Positions 11,334 to 21,578 of a stretch of DNA of 64,000 nt are shown piece after piece. The DNA comes from an uncultured Verrucomicrobiae bacterium (GTDB lineage Bacteria; Verrucomicrobiota; Verrucomicrobiia; Chthoniobacterales; Chthoniobacteraceae), in NCBI GenBank assembly GCA_963769025.1, contig CAVYKI010000012.1, positions 384,001 to 448,000 on the forward strand. Direction: 5' to 3'. How positions within the stretch are numbered: position 1 is the stretch's first letter; each line of letters begins with the position of its first letter. A program made the position numbers and the translations under genes. Under the pieces are notes generated by a model that saw nothing but the letters and a program-made list of their open reading frames with translations, did no database searches and was not told where the DNA came from.

Positions 11334-11707
11334 ATGAATCCCGACCCCTCTCGCCTGACCCGGACGCCGCCACGCAGGGCGCGACTGACGCACCCGGCCC
11401 GCTGCGCCCGCGTTTCACCCCGGACCAGTTGCTCCCCGTCATCGGCGAACCGGCGCGGTTCCGCATGCTCGGCATCCTCATCGATGGGGGGCCGCATTCG
11501 GCGACGGAACTCGGCAAGGTGGTCGGAAAATCGCGCATGGCCGCGAGCAAGCATCTCGTGTGGCTGCGCACCGCGGGGCTCATCGAGCCGTGCGCCAACA
11601 AGCAGGACCGGCGGACGACGTGCTTCCGGCTCGTGCCGGAATTCTTGCCCGCGCCCGGCGCGCCGCGCGTGCTGGATTTCGGCTGGTGCGTGCTGCGCTT
11701 CGAATAG
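11334..11707 (+). CDS. ArsR/SmtB-like winged HTH protein; probable frameshift near 11400
   Basis: LLPVIGEPARFRMLGILIDGGPHSATELGKVVGKSRMAASKHLVWLRTAGLIE is an ArsR-type wHTH. The ATG at 11334 lies in another frame; the minimal ORF is 11429-11707. Confidence 0.75.
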
Positions 11708-11729
11708 GCCGCGATTGCAGGCGCCCGCT

Positions 11730-11802
11730 TTTGGACCGCGGCAGTCCCCTGCCGCTTTGGGCACGCGGATGGAAAAGCGCCGGAGGACTGGCGCAGTCCA
11801 AA
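11730..11802. repeat. REP-like palindromic doublet (TGGA-type ends)
   Basis: tttggaccgcggcagtcccctgccgcttt ... aaagcgccggaggactggcgcagtccaaa: two inverted hairpin units. Confidence 0.65.
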
Positions 11803-11899
11803 GGCACCCCCGGGACCCGGCCGACCGTGCGCGCGAGGGCGGCGCGCGGTTGACTTTTTCGCGCGGCCCCGCACGGTGCGCGCTGAAATTTCCAAGAGC

Positions 11900-12835
11900 A
11901 TGGCCACTTCAGCAAAAGCGATAGGGATCGATTTCGGCGGGACCACCATCAAGTCGGCGGTCGTGCGCGACGGCGCGGTCCTGGAGCGCGGCGAAGTCAT
12001 CGACACGACGAAGCACAACACGAGCGACGCCATCATCGCCGAGCTGCTGCGCGTCATCGCGGCGATGCGGAAGGCGCACCCGGAGATCGAGGCGATCGGG
12101 ATCGGGCTGCCGGGCTTTGTGGACAGCGTCAAGGGCATCGTCCATGAGCTCACGAATGTGGAGGGCTGGCACGAGGTGCCGCTCGTCGCGCTGCTGCGCG
12201 AAAAGACGGGCCTGCGCTCGGCCATCGAGAACGATGCGAATGCGATGGCGTACGGGGAATTCATCCACGGCGCGGCAAAGGGCGCGCGCAACGCCATCTG
12301 CGTGACACTCGGCACGGGCGTCGGCGGCGGGCTGATCCTCGACGGCCGGCTCTACCGCGGCTCGCGGCTGGCCGCGGGGGAGATCGGGCACATGAGCATC
12401 GATTCGCACGGGCCGCGCGGCGTCTATGGCACGCCCGGCGACCTCGAGACCTACGTGGGCAACCGCCAGATCGCCGAGCGCGCCGAACGCCTCTACACGG
12501 CTTCCGGCCAGCAGCGGCCCTTGGAAAAATGCACGCCCGCCGACCTCGCCGCACTGGCCGGCAAAGGCGACCACATCGCCATCGCCCTCTGGGATGCCAT
12601 CGGCACGGACATCGGTGCGGGACTCGCGGACGGCGTCTGGCTGCTGAACCCGGACACGATCGTCATCGGCGGCGGAATCGCAGCAGCGGGGGAGACGATC
12701 ATCGCGCCGATCCGGCGGACGATTTGCGAGCGGACGAGCGGGATTTTCCACGAGGAATTGCGCGTGGTCCCGGCCAAGCTGGGGAACGACGCGGGGATCA
12801 TCGGCGCCGCGGAATTGGCGCTCGAAACGAAGTAG
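11900..12835 (+). CDS. ROK family sugar kinase (glucokinase-like)
   Basis: IGIDFGGTTIK, IENDANAMAYGE, TLGTGVGGG, AGEIGH, LGNDAGIIGAA. Confidence 0.92.
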   Translation: MATSAKAIGIDFGGTTIKSAVVRDGAVLERGEVIDTTKHNTSDAIIAELLRVIAAMRKAHPEIEAIGIGLPGFVDSVKGIVHELTNVEGWHEVPLVALLREKTGLRSAIENDANAMAYGEFIHGAAKGARNAICVTLGTGVGGGLILDGRLYRGSRLAAGEIGHMSIDSHGPRGVYGTPGDLETYVGNRQIAERAERLYTASGQQRPLEKCTPADLAALAGKGDHIAIALWDAIGTDIGAGLADGVWLLNPDTIVIGGGIAAAGETIIAPIRRTICERTSGIFHEELRVVPAKLGNDAGIIGAAELALETK

Positions 12836-12909
12836 AAAGAATTTTGGAAATCTTTTGAACGTCGGGCGCGGGCCGTGGTCATACCTACCGTTACAGTGTT
12901 AGGGTGGTT

Positions 12910-12962
12910 CGGGCCGCTCGACGGAACTCCGGTGGGAGTCCGCGGGCGGCCCGGCATTTTTT
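12910..12962 (+). terminator. Long GC hairpin followed by T6 (terminator or leader structure)
   Basis: cgggccgctcg (12910-12920) pairs with cgggcggcccg (12943-12953), inner stem actcc/ggagt, then tttttt at 12957-12962. Confidence 0.5.
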
Positions 12963-13060
12963 AGGGGGAAACGGGCGTGGCGCCCGGCGGTCCATTTCCA
13001 TCGCTTTCAATTTTGAACTTTGAGCTTTTGCCCTCCCGCCGCTAGCGTCCACGCCCCCTG

Positions 13061-14406
13061 ATGAATTCCCAAACCCCGCTGCTCGGCCTCCGCGGCTGCG
13101 TCATCGACGCGCCGGAATACGGCAAACTGCGGTCGTGGCGGGACGGGGCGGTGGTCATCGCGGAAGGGCGGATCCTCGAGGTGGGCAGCTACCAGTTCAT
13201 CGGCCGGAAGCACCGCCCGCAGCCCATCCACTGGCAGCAGTCCGACCGCGCCGTCATTTTTCCCGGGCTCATCGATCTGCATACGCACCTGCCGCAATAC
13301 CCCGTGGTCGCGCGCGGCCGCGGGCAGCTGCTCGAATGGCTGCACCAGCAGATTTTCCCGAGGGAGCGCGGCTTCACCGGCGCGGTCGCCGACCGCGAGG
13401 CGAAGGCGTTTTTCGGCGAGCTGGCCCGCCACGGCACGACGACCGCGGCGGTCTATACGGCGATTTACGAGGACTCGTGCGACGCGGCATTCCACGCGGC
13501 AGCCGGGTCCGGGCTGCGCGTCATCATGGGCCAGACGATGATGGACGTGGGCACCTACGGGACGCTCCAGGCGCGCAAAATCCTCAGCGTCACGCTGCAG
13601 GAGAGCGAGCGGCTCTGCCGCAAATGGCACGGCGAGGCGGACGGGCTGCTGGAATACGCATTCAGCCCGCGCTTTGCCCTCGCGTGCAGCGAGCGGCTCA
13701 TGCGCGCGGCCGGCGAGATGGCGCGGGAATTCGGCTGCCACATCCAGACGCACCTCGCCGAGAACCGCGAGGAATGCGAACGCGTGCGGCATCTGTTTCC
13801 GAAGTCGGCGGACTACACCGACGTCTATGAAAAGGCCGGCCTGCTCGGGCCGCGGACGATCCTCGGGCACTGCATCCACCTTTCCCCGCGCGAACGCGCC
13901 GCGCATCGCGGAGACCGGCACTTCCATCGCGCATTGCCCGACGGCGAACCTTTACCTCTCCAGCGGAATCATGCCGCTCGGCGAGCATCTGGCGGCGGAC
14001 ATCCGGATCGGCCTCGGCACCGACGTGGCCGCCGGGCCGGAGCTGAACCTCTGGCAGGTGATGCGCAGCGCCATCGAGAGCCAGAAGGCGCGCAGCTTTT
14101 ACGAGCCGGATGTCGCCGTCCCCACGCCCGCGCAGGCCCTGCACCTCGCCACGCAGGGCGCGGCGGAGGCGCTCGGAAAAGGGGGGGTCATCGGCAGCCT
14201 CGAAGTCGGGAAAGGAAGCGGACCTGACCGTGATGGACATCTCCGCGCTGCTCCCCTATGGAGGAGCCGAAACGAAGCTCGAAGACCTCACGCCGGACGA
14301 CATGCTCGCGCTTTGCATCTACCGCGGAGGACCGCATGCCATGCTCGAGACATTCGTCCGCGGTCACAGCGTGTGGCGGGCCGGAGAACACGCGGAACAC
14401 CCATAG
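13061..14406 (+). CDS. guaD: Guanine deaminase (amidohydrolase); frameshifted
   Basis: PGLIDLHTHLPQY, FSPRFALACS, IQTHLAEN, ILGHCIHL, HCPTANLYLSSG, GLGTDVAAG, GKEADL; two frame changes. Confidence 0.85.
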
Positions 14407-14412
14407 CACCCC

Positions 14413-15292
14413 ATGCCCGACCCCATCCCGACCCCGACATTCAAGACCCAGACCGGGCCCGATCCGATCGCGTTCGCGCTGGCGGAGGACATCGGCGCCG
14501 GCGACCTCACGTGCGCGTTTTTCGTCGATGCCGCGAGGGAGGGAAGGGCGCGCATTTTTGCAAAGGAGGCGTGCGTGCTCGCCGGGGTCGACACCGCGGT
14601 GCGCGCATTCGCGCTGGTGGATGTCTCGCTCGACATCGGCGCCCTGCGCAAGGACGGCGACGCACTGCAGGCCGGCGACACCGCGTTCGAGATCAGCGGC
14701 CCGCTGCGCAGCATCCTCACGGCGGAACGCACCGCGCTGAATTTCCTCCAGCACCTCAGCGGCGTCGCCACGCTCACGCGGCAATTTGTGGACGCCGTGA
14801 AGCCGCACCGCGCCGGGATCCTCGACACGCGCAAGACCACTCCCGGCCTGCGCGCGCTGGAAAAGGCCGCGGTCCGTCGCGGGCGGCGGCACGAACCACC
14901 GCTTCGGGCTTTTCGACATGGTGATGGTGAAGGACAACCACCTCGCCGCCGCAGGCAAGGCGCCCGGCGAATTGCAGGCGAACGTGAGCCTTTTCCGCCG
15001 CCAGCAGCCCGGCGTCCGCGTCGAACTCGAAGCCGACCGGCTCGACCAGGTGCGCGATTTTCTGAAGCTGGAAGGCGTCGATGTCATCCTGCTCGACAAC
15101 ATGACCACCGCGCAGCTCGCCGAGGCCGTGGCGCTCCGCGGCGACCGCCCGGTAAAGCTCGAGGCGAGCGGCGGCGTGACGCTCGAAACCGTCAACGCCA
15201 TCGCGGCGACCGGCGTGGATTTCATCAGCGTCGGCGCGCTCACCCACTCCGCGCCCGCGGCGGATTTTTCGCTCGAACTCCTCGGGGCATGA
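14413..15292 (+). CDS. nadC: Quinolinate phosphoribosyltransferase; frameshifted
   Basis: ALAEDIGAGDLT, ILTAERTALNFLQHLSGVAT, DTRKTTPGLR, KDNH, ILLDNM, EASGG, ISVGALTHS. Confidence 0.93.
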
Positions 15293-15317
15293 ACCGTCCT
15301 CGAACCGGAGGCTCCGC

Positions 15318-16311
15318 GTGCTGACGCTCGACGCACGCCTCCTCCGCGAACTCCGCGGCACCGCGGTGCATCTGCCCGCGGGCGACTTCGCGGACGCGCT
15401 CGGCGTGCCGCGCGGGGAAATCGAGACGGCCCTCGGCAGGCTGCGCGGCGCGGGCTTTGACATCGAGGAAAGGCCCGGCATCGGCTGCCGCCTGCTGGCT
15501 TCACCAGACCGGCTCATCGCCGACGATCTCCTCGCGCGCATCGGAGACTGCCCGATGGCCCGGGAGATTCTCACCTTCGAGGAAACCGCCTCGACGAACG
15601 ACGTCGCCTCGCGCCTCGGCCGCGAAGGCCACGCGGGCGGGCTTGCTCGTCTTCGCCGAACGGCAGACCGCCGGGCGCGGGCGCTTCGGCCGCCGCTGGG
15701 AATCCGCGCCGCACGCCGGGCTGTGGTTTTCGCTGCTGCTGCGGCCCGCGTTCGCCACGCCGCTGTGGGTGCGGCTCACGACATGGGCCGGCGTCTGCGT
15801 TGCCGCCGCGATCGAGCGCGCCACCGGCCTGACTGCGCAGGTGAAATGGCCGAACGACGTGCTCGTCGGCGGCAAAAAGGTCGCCGGCATTCTCACGGAA
15901 TGCTCCAGCGACATGGCGCAAGGCATGTTCGCCGTCGTCGGCATCGGGGTGAATGTGAACCAGGAAGCACTGCCCGCGGAACTCGCCGACCGCGCCGCCT
16001 CGCTCCGCCAGAGCACGGGCCGCACGCTGGACCGGAGCGCGCTCGCCGCGGGGATCGTCACGGAACTCGCCGCACGCATGCCCGCCTTGGAGACCGCCTT
16101 TGACTCCATCCTCGCCGAGGCCGCGCGCCGCAGCTCGATCCTCGGGAAATGGATCCGCCTCGACGCGCCGGCCGCCACCTTCGAGGGCCGCGCCGAGAGC
16201 CTCGATGCAGACGGAAACCTCCTGCTCCGCCTCCCGGACGGCATCCTCCGCACCATGACGGCGGGTGAGGTCACTTCCCAGATGCGAACATCCGTGCCAT
16301 CCGAAGATTAA
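15318..16311 (+). CDS. birA: Bifunctional biotin-protein ligase/repressor; frameshifted
   Basis: N-terminal HTH-like segment, ASTND, AERQTAGRGRFGRRW, KWPNDVLVGGKKVAGILTE, GIGVNVN. Confidence 0.92.
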
Positions 16312-16367
16312 TTTTACGCGCGCGGAACGAAAGTCCCCGCAGAGCCAGACCGCGCACAGGGGCTGCT

Positions 16368-17129
16368 ATGAACGGCATCCAGCTCAACCCGATGACACTC
16401 GTTTTCTCCGAATTCCAAGACCAACTCGTGCGTGGTCTGGCTCACCGAATGAACAACATCCTTTCCCTGTTCCATGGGTATCTCGGCCTGCTCATGGACG
16501 AGCAGAAGCTCGACCCGGTGATGCAGGATGGGCTCACCCGGATCCGCGCGGGGGCCCGCGAAGCGACGGACCTGATGGAGCGCATCAATGCCATCACCCG
16601 TCCGGCTTCCTCCAATCCCCGCGATACCGACCCCGATGATTTTTTCCGCCAGCTCGCGCCCTCACTCGATCGCCTGCGCACGCCGGAGATCGCGATCGCC
16701 GTGGAATGTCCGCCCACCCTGCCGCACGTGCGGGTCGATTCCTCGCGCCTGAAGCTCGCCATCCTGGAGCTCGTCCGCAACGCGTGCGAGGCGGCGAAGA
16801 CACGCGTCCTCATCCGCGTGTCCGCCAACGACGGCCCCGCACAGCCCGAACTCTTCCCGATCGCCGGCCAACCGCAGGCCGGGCAGTGGCTGAAAATCGA
16901 GATTATCGACGACGGCCGGGGCATCCCGGCGGCAGAAGCAGGGCGGATTTTTGAGCCGTTTTACTCGACCAAGAAAAAGTCCCAGGTCGCCGGGCTCGGG
17001 CTCTCGGTTGCGCTCGGATGCGCGCAGCAATTCGGCGGCACGGTCCAGCATCGCGGCCGCGCGGGCGAGACCACCTTCGAGATCTCGCTGCCGGCACGGA
17101 TGGAGCAGCGCCTCAGCGCGGTGGCCTAG
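16368..17129 (+). CDS. Sensor-less histidine kinase-like protein (HisKA + HATPase)
   Basis: GLAHRMNNILS H-box, ELVRNACEA N-box, DDGRGI G1, IFEPFYSTK F-box, GLGLS G2. Confidence 0.85.
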   Translation: MNGIQLNPMTLVFSEFQDQLVRGLAHRMNNILSLFHGYLGLLMDEQKLDPVMQDGLTRIRAGAREATDLMERINAITRPASSNPRDTDPDDFFRQLAPSLDRLRTPEIAIAVECPPTLPHVRVDSSRLKLAILELVRNACEAAKTRVLIRVSANDGPAQPELFPIAGQPQAGQWLKIEIIDDGRGIPAAEAGRIFEPFYSTKKKSQVAGLGLSVALGCAQQFGGTVQHRGRAGETTFEISLPARMEQRLSAVA

Positions 17130-17169
17130 GCGCCTGCGAAAGGCGCGCGGTTCCTTCTTCGGAAGGTGA

Positions 17170-20100
17170 TCAGTTCTTCGAAAGCGTGGGTGCCGCTGCG
17201 CTGGCCGCTTTCTTGGCCGCGTCGTATTGCGCGCGGAGCCGCTCCGCCTCGGCTTTCGCCGCCTGCAGTTCCTTCGCACTGCCGATCGCAGCCTTCTCCG
17301 CCGCGGCCTTCGTCTTCGCGGCATCCTTCTCCAGTTGCGCGATGCGGCCCTTGAGTTCGACGGCCTGCTTCTTCGCGTCCTCGACTTCCTTTTTCGCGGC
17401 GGCGACAGCCTTTTCGGCGGCCGGGAGTTTTCGGGAGGCAAGCTTGGCGTCCACGTCGGCCTTCTTGACCGCTTCGGTCAGTTCCTCCGGCACGGTGTTT
17501 TCAGCAGGCTTCGCAATTTGCTTCGCCTTCGCGGCGCTGAGCGCGTTCTGCGCCTTTTCGATCTCGGCTTTGATGGCCTGGTAGGGCGCATCCGCCTTCG
17601 CAAACTCCGGAGTCCCTTTCACGACCTTATCGCGCTCAAGTTTCAACTTCACCCGCTGCGCCTCGACCGCCTCTACTTTCTTCGCCGCCGCCGCGACTTC
17701 CGCAGCGACCGCATTCATCGCCTCGGCAGTCTTCGCGTCAGGCGGACCCGCCTTGCGATCCGCGACCGCCTTCTCCGCTGCGGCCAGCGCCGCCGCGGCG
17801 GCATCGGCCTCCTGCTTCAGCTTTTGAAATTGCGCCTCTTTTTCCGCAATCACCTTCGGGCCGTCGGCAACGGTCTTCTGCGCGTTCACGATTCCCTGCT
17901 TCGCAAGCTCGACCTGCCGGAATGCGTCCTTCGCCGTGGCGAGAAGGTCGTCGTGCTGCGCCTGCTTGGAAGCGACCGTCTGGCGCGCATTGAATACCGT
18001 CTGGTAAAACTGCGCACGTTTCCACCGGGCGACGCCGCCCTGTGAAGCCGTGAGCCTTCCGTTCGCCGCCTCGAGCGCGGTCTTCGCTGCTGCGACGGCC
18101 TTCTCGGCCTCGGTCGGTTGCGGAGCGGTCAACGCCGCCTTTGCCGCGTTCAGATCCGTCTCGATTTTCGTCGCTTCATCCTTCTTCGCCTGCACAGCCG
18201 TGCTCGCCCTTGCGAATTCCGGCGTGCCGTCCTTGAGCTTCGCGCGCGCCGCGCGGAGCGGCTCGACCTGTGCGTTCGCTGCATCGAACGCCTTCTGCAA
18301 CGTCGCGACCTTCGCCACCGCCTCGGGCGACGGCGTATACTTTCCGGGCTGAAGTTTCGCGATGTCGGCGTCGATCGCCTCCACGGCCTTCTGCGCATCC
18401 GCGATCGCCTTCGGTGCGGCGTTCCTCGAGGTGCTCACGGCGGCGATCGCCTTCTGATGCTGCTGGCGCAAGTCCTCGATCGCCTTCTGCGCGGTGGCGA
18501 CCGCGGCCTTTGCCGCCTCCACCTTTTCGCGGGCCGGCGGGACCGGGGCGGCTTCCACGGCGCGCTTTGCGTCGGCGAGTGCCTTCTCGGCATTTGCGAC
18601 CTGCGGTTCGAATTCCTTCACTGCCTGCTCGGCCTTCGCAAATTCCGGCGTGCCGGCTGCGGCTTTCGTGCGCGCCTCGGTGCGCTTTGCGAGTTCGGCC
18701 TTTGCACGGTCATGCGCCTCTTGCGAAGTCTTCGCCGCGGCCTCTGCATTGGCGCGCTGCCGGGATGCCGCTGCGGTCTCGAGATCCGTCGCCGTCTTGC
18801 GCGTGGCCGCGAGCGCATCCTGCGCCTTCGCAATCTGCGCCTTCAGCGCCTCGGCGGCCTTCTCGGCATTTGCCGGCGCCGCCTTGGCGGCTTCGACGGC
18901 CTGCGCTGCCGCGATCTTGCGCTGCTCCGCGGCGGCAAGGTCCGCCTTTCGCTTCGCCTCGGCAGCCTCGCGTTCGGCCTTCACCCGCGCCTCAGCGTCG
19001 GCCACGGCCTTTTGCAGGCCGGGCAGCGCTGCCTGCGTCTCGGCGAGCGTCTTCTCCGCCTCCGCGAGCTGCTCGGCGATGCCCTGGGGATTCGCACTCA
19101 GGCTGCCGATCTTCTTCCCGTCGATCGCATACACGCGAACGTCGCCCGTCCAATCCGCCGCGATGACGCGGTCGCTGTTCAAGGCGCAGCGCAACGCGAG
19201 ATCCCCGAGCGCCTCGGTGGCGATGATCTGTTTTCCAGCCGCGTCCCAGACCTTCGCGATCTTGTCGCGTCCGCAGCTCACGATGCGGCCGTCGGGCGTG
19301 AAATCCACCCACAGCACGCCGCCGGCGTGCGCGGCCCAGTTCCGGATTTCCGTGCCTTCCTTCACATTCCAAAGCGCGATCTTTCCATCCTCACTCGCAC
19401 TCGCGAGCACGCCGGGCATGAATGCCAGGGCGGTGCAGGCGACCTTGTGGCCGGCCAGCGTGTTGAACGGCTTCGGGTCCGCGCCTGCCTCCCACACTTC
19501 CACGCCGCCATTTCGATCCGCCGTCGCGAGGAATTTCCCATCCGGGCTGTATGCGACAGCCGTGACCCACTCGGTGTGCTTTTTGATCAGCCCCGTCTGC
19601 CGGCCGTCCTTCGTGTTGTAAATTTTCACCTGCTTGTTCGGCCCGCCGAGCGCCACGAACTGCTGGTCCGGGCTGATGTCCGCCGCGAGCACCGCGTCCG
19701 CCTCGTTGCCGACCACGCCGATGCGCTCGCCGGTCGTGACGTCCCACATCACCACCTGGCCGGTCTTCCCGCCGAGCCCGCCGCCGGCGATCAGGAGCTT
19801 CGCGTTGCGCGAAAAGCGCAGCACATTCGGAAAGCCCTCGGGGTAAGAGAGGATGCCGAGCCGCTCGAGCGTCTCCGTGTTGTAAAGGAGCACCTGCTTT
19901 TGTCCGCCGATGGCGACCAGCGGCGCCCAGGGGCTCGCGGCCATCGCGATGATGGCGTTGCTCGTGCGCGAACGCACAAACGGCTCCTGCGGCAAATCGC
20001 CCGGCATCGGTGCGGGACCCTCGGGCTTCGTGAGCGAGACGACGGCGGCCTCCACCTTGTTCGCCGTCACCTGCGCGGGCTTGCTGTTCGCATTCTCCAG

Positions 20101-20460
20101 CGCGAAACCGGCGATCCAGCCCTTCAGCAGCGCCATGTCGGCCTCGGAAAGCGAGTCGCCTTTGGGCGGCATCTTCGGGTCGCCGTCCGGCTTGCAGACC
20201 TTGTAGATCAGACTGCCGTCGGCATTGCCCGGCTTGACGACCGGACCATTTTCGCTGCCCGCCATCGTCGCCTGGTACGTCGTCACGTCGAGACCCGCCT
20301 TCTTCTTGTCGGGGTTATGGCAGGTCGTGCACGCGTTGCGGAAAATCGGGAGGATGTGATCCGTGTAGTTCACCTTCGCCGGAGCCTGCGCGAATGCGGC
20401 AAAGCTCAGGCCGAGGAATGCGGCGACGGTCGTGGCGGATTGGGAGAGATTCGGGGTCAT
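17170..20460 (-). CDS. Exported protein: planctomycete-type cytochrome c domain + WD40 propeller + long Ala/Lys-rich coiled coil
   Basis: Signal peptide, ILPIFRNACTTCHN (CxxCH), MPPKG...WI; WD40 blades (HTEWVTAVAYSPDGKFLATADRNGGVEVW); more than 600 aa of heptad-rich helix. Confidence 0.85.
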   Translation of the reverse strand: MTPNLSQSATTVAAFLGLSFAAFAQAPAKVNYTDHILPIFRNACTTCHNPDKKKAGLDVTTYQATMAGSENGPVVKPGNADGSLIYKVCKPDGDPKMPPKGDSLSEADMALLKGWIAGFALENANSKPAQVTANKVEAAVVSLTKPEGPAPMPGDLPQEPFVRSRTSNAIIAMAASPWAPLVAIGGQKQVLLYNTETLERLGILSYPEGFPNVLRFSRNAKLLIAGGGLGGKTGQVVMWDVTTGERIGVVGNEADAVLAADISPDQQFVALGGPNKQVKIYNTKDGRQTGLIKKHTEWVTAVAYSPDGKFLATADRNGGVEVWEAGADPKPFNTLAGHKVACTALAFMPGVLASASEDGKIALWNVKEGTEIRNWAAHAGGVLWVDFTPDGRIVSCGRDKIAKVWDAAGKQIIATEALGDLALRCALNSDRVIAADWTGDVRVYAIDGKKIGSLSANPQGIAEQLAEAEKTLAETQAALPGLQKAVADAEARVKAEREAAEAKRKADLAAAEQRKIAAAQAVEAAKAAPANAEKAAEALKAQIAKAQDALAATRKTATDLETAAASRQRANAEAAAKTSQEAHDRAKAELAKRTEARTKAAAGTPEFAKAEQAVKEFEPQVANAEKALADAKRAVEAAPVPPAREKVEAAKAAVATAQKAIEDLRQQHQKAIAAVSTSRNAAPKAIADAQKAVEAIDADIAKLQPGKYTPSPEAVAKVATLQKAFDAANAQVEPLRAARAKLKDGTPEFARASTAVQAKKDEATKIETDLNAAKAALTAPQPTEAEKAVAAAKTALEAANGRLTASQGGVARWKRAQFYQTVFNARQTVASKQAQHDDLLATAKDAFRQVELAKQGIVNAQKTVADGPKVIAEKEAQFQKLKQEADAAAAALAAAEKAVADRKAGPPDAKTAEAMNAVAAEVAAAAKKVEAVEAQRVKLKLERDKVVKGTPEFAKADAPYQAIKAEIEKAQNALSAAKAKQIAKPAENTVPEELTEAVKKADVDAKLASRKLPAAEKAVAAAKKEVEDAKKQAVELKGRIAQLEKDAAKTKAAAEKAAIGSAKELQAAKAEAERLRAQYDAAKKAASAAAPTLSKN

Positions 20461-20663
20461 GGTTCGCGGAGAAGGAAAGCGGTGAAGGTGGAGGAAATTA
20501 GACAACGAATTAACACCTACGCTCGCTGATTATCGTTTCGAACATTCTCCTCCCAATCTCAATGGAAATCTGGCGCTCGCACTTCAGTTTGGATTGGCGA
20601 CAACGGTTGGACTAACCCCGCCGGCATCCCTTTCGCGGGGAGCCCAGCATGGCCCCGTTATTT

Positions 20664-21578
20664 TTAGAGTGGCGGCGGGCTGCTGCCGCTCGATCCCCAG
20701 ATGAGTTTCCTTCCGGCCCTCACCACTTCAATTCCAAACTCGAATTGCGATTCGATGGCCAATTCCTTTGCGGCACGGAAAACCTCGTAGCTGTCGGGAT
20801 ACACGTAGAAGGCCAAATACATGTTTTCCGCCTTCATCGCGCGCAAAAGGTCGCGCCAACCGCCCCCATTGGCAGGCAGTTGGAGGCCTCGCTCCGGCAA
20901 CGGCGTGCTTTCCTCCGCATCGGCGCCTGCGCTCCGCCACTGGATGTTCACGCGATCGAGACTACGGGAGGAGGTATAAATTGGGTAGATGCGACCATTT
21001 TGGCAGATGACAGGCAGTGATGAGCGGGTCCGTGCGCGCTCCTTGGGAAAACGGAGCTTCACGGTCTGCGCCTCGCGTTGCTGTTTCACTTGTGCGTTCA
21101 ATGCGGCCTCGCGTCCACGCAGTCGCGCGGTTTCGGCCTCGGTGGCGGCGATGAGGTTGTGCAGTTCCGCTTCGCACCGCGCGAGCGAACGAAGTTCCTC
21201 CGCGAGCGCAGCCCACGCGGCACCACCCCCTGCCGCGATGGCATCCGCGCGCTGCGCCGCATCAGTGGTCGCGGCCACGGCATCGGCCCGTGCAGCGGCG
21301 AGGGCTTCCGCTGCGAGGGCGACCTCGTCAAGCGGCGCAGCGTTGTCCGAAGCCGGCCAGGCCCCGGCTTGTTTGCGGAGGGCCTCGAGTTCGGCTTCGG
21401 CGAGTGCGATGCGCTGGGAATAGAGCGCATGGGAGGCGGGTGCCTCCGGCGACGCGCCGCCGGTGCGGGACAACAGCGCGACAAGCAGGGCGATCAGGAT
21501 GATTCCGCCGAAAGTGTTGCACATCGTGTCGAGCAGGAGCTCGAGACTATCCGCGGGGACGAGTGCGCGCCTTTTCAT
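20664..21578 (-). CDS. ExbD/MotB-like single-TM subunit B (coiled coil + C-terminal alpha/beta domain)
   Basis: MKRR...SLELLLDTMCNTFGGIILIALLVALL: Asp-containing N-terminal TM as in ExbD/TolR/MotB; coiled coil; C-terminal YLAFYVYPDSYEVFRAAKELA. Confidence 0.6.
   Translation of the reverse strand: MKRRALVPADSLELLLDTMCNTFGGIILIALLVALLSRTGGASPEAPASHALYSQRIALAEAELEALRKQAGAWPASDNAAPLDEVALAAEALAAARADAVAATTDAAQRADAIAAGGGAAWAALAEELRSLARCEAELHNLIAATEAETARLRGREAALNAQVKQQREAQTVKLRFPKERARTRSSLPVICQNGRIYPIYTSSRSLDRVNIQWRSAGADAEESTPLPERGLQLPANGGGWRDLLRAMKAENMYLAFYVYPDSYEVFRAAKELAIESQFEFGIEVVRAGRKLIWGSSGSSPPPL

Noticed and set aside
18118..20529. Long plus-strand ORF of 803 aa and similar shadow ORFs (e.g. 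25343-26935, 39835-41961, 53952-55922)
   Set aside because: Antisense shadows of well-supported genes in high-GC DNA, with no recognisable motifs.
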